The position numbers and the translations under genes were made by a program. 64,000 bases of DNA from Rhina ancylostomus (Eukaryota): the NCBI GenBank assembly GCA_030265395.1, contig JARFYF010000112.1, forward strand, positions 65,175,737 through 65,239,736, given 5' to 3'. This document shows, in pieces, positions 24,618 to 34,470 of the stretch. Below the pieces are notes generated by a model. That model made no database searches, had not been told where the DNA came from, and saw only the letters and a list, made by a program, of their open reading frames with translations. Position 1 is the stretch's first letter. Each line of letters opens with the position of its first letter.

Positions 24618-24737
24618 ATGATGTCCATGAATAGCAAGCAGCCTTTCGGCATGCACCCCATCCTGCACGAACCCAAATACACGACTTTGCACTCGAGCAC
24701 CGAGGCCATCCGGAGAGCCTGTCTGCCCACCCCACCG
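24618..24737 (+). CDS. pou4f4: POU class IV transcription factor, coding exon 1 (40 aa)
   Basis: MMSMNSKQPFGMHPILHEPKYTTLHSSTEAIRRACLPTPP is the conserved Brn3 N-terminus. It ends at the canonical donor CCG|GTAAGT (phase 0), the known POU4F intron position. Confidence 0.93.
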
Positions 24738-25529
24738 GTAAGTGCGGCCAATCCTTCCAGCTCTGAGCACTCTCCTCCTCTGGAAAAATGGGCTATTAAA
24801 ATAATATAAGTACGCTAGTTTGGAAAGATTTTTTTTGATTGATTACGTTTCCTACCTCGAACTCTGCCAATTTGCCAGAGCATTTGAAGTATTTCCCGTA
24901 TTTTGGTATTTATAAGGAGACGACTAGTGATGGGTTGGTGGTGTTGGTACAATGTCTTTTTGGCACTCTCGTGGGCAGGGCTGCCATTCTCGAAATTATG
25001 TTAAAAGCAACCCCTGAAGCGGAAGACGAGGTGTCCGAAATGCGTGATTAGAAAAGTTATTTGAATCAAGATTATTTTGAATGATTTCGGTGCGTGTCCA
25101 GTGAGACGTGCATTCGGTGCGCGGAGATGGGCTTTATGACTGCATCATCTTTCATTACTTTTACCATTTTGCGAGTTGCATAAAATATCTTTGCCAGCCG
25201 TGGCGTTGGTTCTGAGTCTTAATGAATGCTGCTACTTCCTCACGCCGGGATCAATTATTTTCGTTTTATTAGAGTGTGTGTGTGTGTCTCGTTGATTGAA
25301 TGCTGTTGCTGAATTTAAAAAGATCCGTCAACTACAGAATGTCAAGAAGGCAGTGATAATTATGAACGCTAAGACTATTTCGCCGGAACGCCTGGGCTGA
25401 GAGAGAGGTGTCCATTTCGCTGGCGAATTCCCAACGACTCCAGCACCATGGTTAAGTTACCGTATTGTTCTCTCTGCAGACTGCGGTCCCGATAATAACG
25501 TGATCTCTTTTTTTTTATTTCCTTTGTAG
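24738..25529 (+). other. Single 792-bp GT-AG intron of the POU4 gene
   Basis: GTAAGT donor; polypyrimidine tract CTCTTTTTTTTTATTTCCTTTGTAG acceptor. Splicing restores ACLPTPP|LQSNIFAGLDETLL. Confidence 0.95.
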
Positions 25530-26447
25530 TTGCAAAGCAATATTTTCGCCGGACTTGATGAAACTTTGCTGTCCCGAGCCGAAGCCCTGGCAGCCGTGGA
25601 TATTGTATCGCAGAAAAACCACCCCTTCAAACCAGATGTCACCTACCATACAATGAGCAGCGTGTCGTGCACTCCTACCTCCTCTTCTGTACACCTACCC
25701 CATCCGTCGGTCCTGACCTCCCATCCCCATCACCACCACCACCATCACCAGTCAGCCCAGGGCCTGGAAGGAGACCTCCTGGACCACCTGAACCCTGGTC
25801 TGTCCCTGAGTGGGATGACGGGACCCGAAGTGGGGTCCACGCCATCACATCCCCATGCACACATGCCTGGCATGAACCACATGTCACATCACCCTCATCA
25901 CCATCAGCCTATGAACATTTCCCATTCCCACACCCTGTCGGCCCACATCGGCCTGGGAGGCAATGAGGGAGAAGCAGATCCAAGGGAGCTCGAGTCCTTC
26001 GCGGAGAGGTTCAAGCAGAGGAGGATCAAACTTGGAGTGACACAAGCCGATGTTGGGTCAGCCTTGGCCAACCTGAAGATCCCAGGTGTGGGTTGTTTAA
26101 GTCAAAGCACTATCTGTAGGTTTGAATCCTTGACTCTCTCGCACAATAACATGATTGCGCTTAAGCCCATTCTGGAGGCCTGGTTGGATGAAGCCGAGAG
26201 GGCACAGAGAGAGAAAATGACCAAACCCGAGCTCTTTAATGGAGGGGACAGGAAGCGCAAACGTACCTCTATCGCTGCGCCGGAAAAACGATCCTTAGAA
26301 GCGTATTTCGCCGTCCAGCCTCGTCCTTCATCCGAGAAGATCGCAGCAATCGCAGAGAAATTGGACCTGAAAAAGAATGTGGTGAGAGTGTGGTTTTGCA
26401 ATCAGAGACAGAAACAAAAACGAATGAAATTTTCCGCCACACATTAA
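25530..26447 (+). CDS. pou4f4: POU class IV transcription factor, coding exon 2 (POU-IV box, His-rich region, POU-specific domain, POU homeodomain); full protein 345 aa
   Basis: DETLLSRAEALAAVDIV POU-IV box; DPRELESFAERFKQRRIKLGVTQADVG POU-S; KRKRTSIAAPEKRSLEAYF...WFCNQRQKQKR homeodomain. Class IV is certain. The paralogue call (about 0.8) rests on ELESF, GVGCLSQ, ILEAWL, AERAQREKM and SSVSCTPTSSSVHL, which I recall from fish/frog/chicken Brn3d and not from POU4F1-3. Confidence 0.95.
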   Translation: MQSNIFAGLDETLLSRAEALAAVDIVSQKNHPFKPDVTYHTMSSVSCTPTSSSVHLPHPSVLTSHPHHHHHHHQSAQGLEGDLLDHLNPGLSLSGMTGPEVGSTPSHPHAHMPGMNHMSHHPHHHQPMNISHSHTLSAHIGLGGNEGEADPRELESFAERFKQRRIKLGVTQADVGSALANLKIPGVGCLSQSTICRFESLTLSHNNMIALKPILEAWLDEAERAQREKMTKPELFNGGDRKRKRTSIAAPEKRSLEAYFAVQPRPSSEKIAAIAEKLDLKKNVVRVWFCNQRQKQKRMKFSATH

Positions 26448-27056
26448 GACAATCTGCACACTGCTCTACCCAACTGAGACGATGTGGACCAGGATCTAAT
26501 AACATTTGATTTCTTGGTTAAGCTTTGCCCAACAAAAGGAAGCGATGGCAGGGACATCAAGCCGGAAGTATATCTCTGAAGAATGAGTTTGAATTGTGTA
26601 TATTTTGTACGGGTTTGAGAGAAGCAAGCTTTATGTCTTGGTTTAGATGAGACTTCGTTAACTTATCTGGCAATCATATTGTAACAAAATAATCTCAACG
26701 AGACTTGAATTATGTTTAATCACATTCTTGTGAAAAATATCCTGTTTGCTTTTCTACTGTAAAAGGGTGTACAAAGTCTGTGAATGAATTGTGCGTTTAA
26801 CCTTTATTCACGAATTGCTGTAGTTCATTGATCCGGAGATGTACAACTGCAGCTGAAGTGGGCATGGTACTGGGCTAGGTTATGAAATATACCGTTGTTG
26901 ATTTCATTCAGTTAAAAAAAAGCAGAAAGAATCAGATCTGTAAGAACGGGTCACATTAATTCTATTGTACCTCCTGTATGGTCCACAAGTCTGTCTCTGC
27001 ATGATTTATACATCATTTCAGTTTAGTGAATGTCGCTATCACCATATTAATAACAA

Positions 27057-27075
27057 AATAAAAAATAATAATAAA
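27057..27075 (+). terminator. Polyadenylation signals of the POU4 gene
   Basis: AATAAA at 27057-27062 and 27070-27075, followed by T/GT-rich sequence. Implies a 3' UTR of about 640 nt. Confidence 0.65.
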
Positions 27076-30000
27076 TAAGTTTTAAATGTTTTGCAATAAC
27101 TGTTTACGAATGGTTTCCTACCTCATCCACCCCGGGGGTTTTCACGGTGTTCTCTCCCTCCCCTCCCCAAACCCTCTTTTTTCTCAATCATAAATTTATT
27201 TATTTTCAATCTAAAGGGGAATCACAATGCATTGACAATCAAAATTACTTTAAGACAACGTGTCGTGGTACAATAGAATGGCTTGAAACGATTGAAAATT
27301 GTTACATGTGGAAAGTTATAAATGAGAGTCCAGGTACAGTGAGTATGAGTGTCACACCTTTTCTAACCCCTTTTTCTGCTTATGTTTCATTTGTTGTGCG
27401 AAAGCCATTCTCTAATCTTAGTTAGTCGGAGGACTATCGCGAGAACCCATTTCCCAGAGTGTGCATGTGAAAGCAAGTGTGGCTAGAGCCTCTCGCCGTT
27501 TCACCCAGGCCTTTCCCGCCTCCCGGACTGGGTGGCTGAATGTGCACTTAGCGAGCAAGCTGATTGACTCGTCTGTTTGCACCGAAATCTCTCGGTCCAC
27601 CCTTTCCCAATGTTTGGCCCCGATCTCAAGTGTCGTTACTTAGTTTACTTTGTTGATTGTATGTGTGATTTTTAACCAGATGTGACTCTTCGAAGTTTTC
27701 AATAAAACCACGCACGCTGCAAAACGAAAGAATGGCGTCCTGAATTGTATGTTGTGTAAAATATATTTGTAGCATGAACTCATTGCAAACATGACTTATT
27801 GGAATACAAACTGCAATTAAATTAAACAGCATGTTCTATTAAACACTGTTATCGTACCTTCCCCCTAATGTCCTCTCTTTTCAGAATAAAATAATGCAAG
27901 GAAGTGAAAACTATTTAAGGTGGTGTATCTATTCCACGTTTGAGGTGGTTTTAACTTCTGATGTTATTAGATTCGAATTCGCTCATTGAATCCTTTTTTT
28001 TGCGGGGTGATGAAGTGCAGGTGATCCCTCCAGAGAAACTACAGCGAGTCAGTATATCATTAAGTATGTCTGGGACAAATTCTCGCTCGATTCGATCGCC
28101 GTATTATTAGCCAAAGGTGGATACTGACTGCAGGATTAAAATTTCAGGAAGAAATTGTCCCCGTTTCGGTTTTCTGTTAATGCACGGGTCTTTGCCTTCA
28201 CCTGGCAAATAAAACTAGGGCATCCAATTACTATTAATTTATGTCAAGGGAGATTAAAGTTATCATTTATCCAACAGCGTATCTGGGGAGAATTGGTATG
28301 GGTTGGAAGTGAGAGGGGGCAGTGGGATGTGCACCTCATCTCCAGCTGTGGTCTAAAATCCTCCTTTGGCCAGATCTACCATCTCACTAAAAATTCCGAT
28401 CGTTGAAAATCTCCATGGCAATTGTCGCGCCGTTACACCCATGGCGCCGCACAATTTTCCTTCACCAATGAGAATTTTTTAAAAATAATTCTTGTACCAG
28501 TTTGGAGAACTTTTGAAATGACATCTGTGAGTTATTGATTACTATTAAAACACAGTCAGAAGTGATTGAATGATTGTTGTTTCCCTGTTCTTGGACCAGC
28601 TCTGATTCTTTATGAATCCTGATGAATTAAGGCCAGAATATCACCAAAAAAACAATGTAGAAATGAGTGATGTTTCGTTACGCCCTTGCCGATTTATAGA
28701 AAGTAAGTTTTGCTACTTCATCAAATTTCTCGAAGTCTACAAGTGATATCCCATTTACGAACAAATATGCGAGTATTAATGGATACTGCCACTTCCTCGC
28801 GCCGAGATCAAATTGTGAAACTAACCATCAAACCAATGAAAATGAAGCCGAGAGGAATCAGAGAAGTGGAGGATTTTCAGGTTCAAGATTGGACGGACAG
28901 TCACTTCAGGTGTCAGGTGCAGCGAACATACCTAAACTAATCTTCTAATTAAACTGATACCTGTTATACCTAAATGTGTTTTTTAGAGTATTGATATCCA
29001 TCAACCGAAGTCAATATGATACGATGGTTGTTAGCAAAAAAAGATTAAACGATAACGAACTTCACCCAACCAATCCACTTGCTATAGCTCTGAGAAATCG
29101 CAAGAAATGCTCTCACATGGCATCGTGGCACTTTAAGTGTCAAACTTTTCAATACACAGCCACTTACCTTGAAGTGCGATGACTTAAGTGTGGCGGTTAA
29201 CAGTTTGAGAAAGAAAAAGAACCAGCTTAAGTCTTCTACGTGAGAATTGGAATGAGAGGAAACGGGTGATGGTGGGTGGGAATCCCTCTCGATGCTTCAT
29301 ATCATTTTTATAATGTCTTATATCTTTGGGCTAAAGGTACTTGTAAGGTTATGGATTTTTTGTTAGCATCTGCAGTGTGTCATCTTTACAAGCTGTATCG
29401 GGCCATATTCAATTTATCAACTAACACTTGTTGGCTAGTTGGTTTCATCTTGTAAAGCCTATCATAAATGAATAATGAATTCTGGCTGTTATGATACTAT
29501 TGATTTTTGGTAAACGGAAAGATAATAACCCCTCGTGGATCATCGTATCAAGTAACTGTGGATGAACCCAAAGCTTTAGTTAAAGCGCCACTTTAAACTT
29601 CTTCGTGAATGGTTCAGTCGGTTTTATTTCTGTTTGTTGGGTCTGGCTGAATTTGTTTTGACAAGAACAGCTGATGCACCAAGCGCTGGCTGCACGTCTG
29701 AGTCACAACGATTTTCATAAATAATAATTAACACTTCCCGAATTCTAGGATTGCCGATGTGAGAGTTTCAGATTTATTTTAGTCCCCTATATTCCTAACT
29801 GACAATTAACAACCGCATAATTACTGCTGCAAACTGAATACTCGAGCACATATCGATATATATTATTAAATTTCTTGCAATCTTACGCAATGCCTTGGAC
29901 ATCATAAATCACCGAAGAGATTTAATGTTCCTTCGCCATCCCTCCCGATACTGGGGCTCCCAGGTGCTTCCGTAACCATTGGAAAAGAAATGTCTCAAGG

Positions 30001-30359
30001 TCAGATCAATTATTTTGGAATACTTTATCTCCATTGATAAACTTTTTATCCTTTCATAGTCATTTTTTTATACTTTGGACTCGCACACGTGACGGTAACA
30101 TGTTGGGCAGTAATTTCATCACTGTTTAAAGAAAGGCAGCCCAGACGGTAAAAACGTACTCACGACCTGTCGCGTGTAAACGAATATACTGTAAAACATT
30201 TAGTAGAACAGTCCAAAAATATATAAAGCGATGCCTGCCATATAGCTCTCCAGGGATGTTTTTATATCTGAAATATGATTTTAGGTCTTTTTAATATTTC
30301 ATTTGCCGGATTTTGTGCTCCGGTTTAAAGTGGCCCGGCCAAAAACACTTGACTTCATC

Positions 30360-31330
30360 CAGCAAAAATAAGTGGCAGGCAGCTGATAATGGCAATGGCT
30401 ACACGTCATTAATAGGGGTGCATTTCACTTAATGAGCTTTTCCATATAAAATCTCTGTTAAGGTAGAACGAAAATATGCTTTAACTTAAAGGTCTGTTTC
30501 AGCTCACTGCACCTTGGAGGGAATCGCGATTCAAATACATACGAAAACAGAGTTAAACATCAACAAGGATTAAAATCACTTTTAGGGTCATTTTTGGTCA
30601 CATAGTTGGCTATTCCAAATAGATCTATAAAACAATCTCACCCCCCCACCCCCCACCCATCTCCTGCCCTCCTTTTATGCTACTCTTTGCAGACTCGGCT
30701 CTGTGCGAGGATTTAAACTCTTCGAAAGTGTTCACATTGGAAGTTCCCAGTTCACCGCCGGGACTAAGTGCGGGGATAATTCCCATTATCATCCTTAATC
30801 CTTCTGTTTACTGCTTCTCCATCTTGAATTACTAACAAGGTGCCCAAGGAGCTGTGGCACGGCGCTGATCAGTAGCGCAACAATATTCGGCATTATTTTA
30901 CCCCTGCCCACTTTTGTAAATCATTAATGGGAGTAAAATGTCGGAGATTAATAGATTGCATAGCGGAAAATGACAGGCGGCTAATTAGACTTATATAATT
31001 AAGATTATTTTTTGCTATTCATGAAGGAGATTGAAACAGGGAATCTCTGAGGGAATACAAATTCAGTCCTGTTCAGTTCCCAGTCATTGCACTCCTCGCT
31101 AATGTGTATGCAGGTCCCTAGTGCTGGGAGTGCCGCTNNNNNNNNNNNNNNNNNNNNNNNNNNNNNNNNNNNNNNNNNNNNNNNNNNNNNNNNNNNNNNN
31201 NNNNNNNNNNNNNNNNNNNNNNNNNNNNNNNNNNNNNGCCGCTGTGACCGCCGAGCCAGGGACATGTTTGCAAATATGACGGCAAGAAAGACACCGCTAA
31301 TGCTTTTGTCTGTCTTTAAATTATACATGT
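30360..31330. promoter_or_regulatory. Candidate conserved non-coding enhancer cluster
   Basis: Unique, non-repetitive sequence dense in TAAT/ATTA homeodomain motifs. CAGCTGATAA (E-box overlapping GATA) at 30380, TTAATGAGC (POU4-type) at 30429. Conservation not tested. Confidence 0.45.
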
Positions 31331-34300
31331 GGGCTCAGTTGTATAAAATCGCATCAAATTCCACCTTGTTCACACGCTTTCTGCCTAAGCTGTCTTTTTG
31401 AAGGAACACGTTTTTATCGTTCCCATATATCTACCCGACTGAGCATTCATACGTGGTTAATCCGCACCGAAATACAAAGTCTGAGAGAATCTGGTGGCCC
31501 ACTTCAGCCCCCAATCATTTCACATCGCCCACTACCCGATGCCATGCATTTAAATACAACGGGTGCATGTGGGTGAAATTTAACATTTTGTATCGATTTA
31601 AATTATTCTAAAACCGGCTATCATAGTGCTATCAATATAAATACATAGCCTCAAAATAAACTAACTCGGCCAGTATGATTGCCTCATCTTAACACGTATG
31701 TATTCCATGGCCACCTGTATTGGTGTGTATTGAAAGCTCTTAAAAACAGATCATTTTCATTTAAAGAAACAAGCTAAAACCCTGGATTGCTCGCTCGTTT
31801 CTGCTGACTGTTTTTTTTCCATGAAGCGGAAAGCACATTTTCATAAATAGACCTTGGTGAAGTGATGACTATAAAAAATTAATGAAGTCTGAGTCCTGAG
31901 TGGAGCCTCGGGGCCATCGGAGAATAATTTAACCACTACATTATCATCGCTTTCTCCACAGCCCTGGACTGGTGCTTTGTGTCTCTGAATTAGGCACAAG
32001 AAGCGAAAAAAAACCACCCAGTCGTATTCTATTACCAGAAAATATGTTAAAAAAAAAGGAACAGGGGAAGGAAGAGAAAAAGGGTGAAAAGTTTCTGAGA
32101 ATAATCAACCCACTTGGCACACATACACACACAAAACATCTCACCTCGTTACTTTTAAAACTTTTAAATGTACCCAATGCAATATTAATCAACTGCGTTA
32201 ATATAAGTTAAGGCTGTATATGAAGCACAGCTCGCGCAGGCAATCGGAGCGCAGACTTGCAATCTCCGTACTTCCAGTTATTTCAAACAGCCGCTTTTGC
32301 AAGCCGATTTTGTGGCTTCATGACGAGGACTCAAGGTAGGAAGAGCCAGTGTTTCATTCGAGTTCACGCACGGCCCGTTGCTGCCGCGCTCATTTGATGT
32401 TATACTAAATACTATCCGCTGCTTCAATCTGAGCATTGTCTTTATCCTGAAATAATTAGCAAAGGAATAATATAATTATGCTTCCTAATATCTCATGTGG
32501 CTAAAACAATGTAATTAGCCCTTTATTAAGAGATAATAGTTTAATTGGCAACAAAATGAAACAATTACATTATCTGTGCGCAGGAGACTATTCAAGGTGG
32601 GGAACAATCTGTCATCTGAAAACCCGTTGTCTGCCCATGCACTGCCCCCTTTATCAAGATAGCAATGGGTCTGCCTGAAGGATAATAGCTACAATTCCTT
32701 GATGTGCAAGTATTGGGCTACAATTCACTTCAAAATGCTAGTTAACTTGTTGCATTCTGGTGGAAAATGAGAAGTGACCGAAACCATTCCCATTGTGTTC
32801 AGAGCAAGAGAAGATTCCTTCCCGGAATTGTGCTGCAATTTTCTCCAGTTAAATGTAATGCCTTCATATGGGAAGGAAAAGCCTTTCGTCTCCTCAATAT
32901 CTGAAACCTGAAATAGTGGCAAATTGAAAGTTCACTTTGACGAGTGACAGCTCAAACTGCTACGGTTAATGCGAAGCATTTGTCCGTTCGCTTCCTGTTT
33001 TTTTTCTTAACTGTCACAATTTGTGATATTGAACCTCTTTGATCTTCGTAGATCTGCATCATTACTGCACTCTGTTGCCGAAGCGTGACTGTGTTCTATT
33101 CGATATCTGAAGTGTTCCGGTTATAACGTCGTAAATGTAACGGAAAACGGCAAATGCAAGACGACTGACCGTCCAATTAATTTGCTGATTATTCTTATCT
33201 CGGTTGATTCTCCACTCCTAAATCAAGTGAATTCAAATCTCGTCTAAATCATTTAAAAGTCTGCGGTTTCAAAACTAGAAACTTTCCAGTCAGATCAGAA
33301 GTCAACGCTTCCCAATTTATCCCTGGTGTAGGAAGTATTCTTGTAACCCCATTCCTTGTTACATGCAACTTCTCAACGCGGAACATTATTGACATTGTAA
33401 TGCAATTGAACTCTACTTATACAACGGATCCCCTCCCTTGAACCTAATGTATTATTTATTTCTGTATTTATTTTTAATCCGGGAGCCTTGGGCCGGTGAT
33501 TTCTATACAACTGTAATCGCCGATGCAACGGTGCTTTCAGTTTTAACCTGTTTTCAAATTTGATTTTAATCGCTCATTTGTTCCACCATACGCATGGATC
33601 TGACAGGATCGCAGATGAAATGATTCGTGACATGTGCACGTGACTAAACACCTTGCTGTTGCAGTTGGCAATTTAGAAGCACTGGGACATTTATTAAAAA
33701 AACTTACAGTTTCATTCTTGTTTTGCATCGGAATTTGTAAAGAAATTATTGAGAGCCTCCTGTTTTTCAGAAGTAGGATTTGACCAATGACCATCAGTGA
33801 TCACTTACACCAGAGTATCGTTACTTGGAATAGCAAAATACCAGGAGTGAGTATGTCTATATTCTGGCATCTGGTCCATGTAACAATTTCAAGGTCATTC
33901 TTGGCTCTCTGCAAAGCTTAAGCAAAGGAGATGTCCTTTTAATCTCCGCAACACAGTACCAACTATTGTTAAATGGAAATCAAGTTTATATCTTATGACA
34001 AATACATTTGAAATGCTAAATGTTCTAAAGTAGAATTAATGTTTTTATGAGCAGTAGCACGTTTATCTTAGAGCACGTCATAATAGTTAGCAAAAAGTAG
34101 AGCTATTGCCAATTAGCTTTCCTCTCCCCCGTGCTCCCCACCCAGTTAAATTGCCAAATCGTTTTGCTCGCTGAGATCAATGTCATTAGCATAGAAAGTG
34201 ACACTATTTCAGTGCATAAGTAATCACTGATTGATAAAACCAGGTCTCACTCAAGGCATTCAGGGCACTGAAGAGTTCATTCGACTGCTTGAGTGTGCAC

Positions 34301-34449
34301 TGTTAAGGAAGGGTCAAGGTGTCCCAATCCAATGCCTTTAAAAAGCCAATGAAGAGAGGATGACAGTTCATTGGACAGTTTATTGCTCAAAGGAGATGAG
34401 AGGCCCTCCAATCCTGGCCCCTTGCGGTTCATTCTCAAAGGACTTCGAA

Positions 34450-34470
34450 TCCAGCACCTTGGATAGCTCC
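34450..34470 (+). promoter_or_regulatory. REST/NRSF binding site (RE1/NRSE)
   Basis: TCCAGCACCTTGGATAGCTCC versus consensus TTCAGCACCnnGGACAGCnCC, with canonical half-site spacing and two mismatches. Confidence 0.65.

Noticed and set aside
24516-24809. 97-aa ORF from the track treated as a standalone or N-terminally extended protein
   Set aside because: It starts at a GTG upstream of the TATA-like box and runs into the intron. Only 24618-24737 matches POU4 proteins, and it ends at a canonical donor.
25530-26447. Calling the gene POU4F1 or POU4F3, or treating the TTG at 25530 as a start
   Set aside because: The TTG is the first codon after the splice acceptor. The protein lacks the Gly/Ala tracts of mammalian POU4F1 and the YSAVH end and GAALAN motif of POU4F3, and the POU-S substitutions fit the fourth paralogue better.
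24313-26505. Antisense and alternative-frame ORFs overlapping the gene (24313..24735, 25667..25966, 26102..26401 and others)
   Set aside because: Expected by-products of GC-rich coding and promoter sequence, with no recognisable domains.
34344-34357. Exact 14-mer AGCCAATGAAGAGA shared with the promoter (24420-24433)
   Set aside because: Several chance 14-mer matches are expected in 64 kb, and part of the match is simply the NF-Y consensus.
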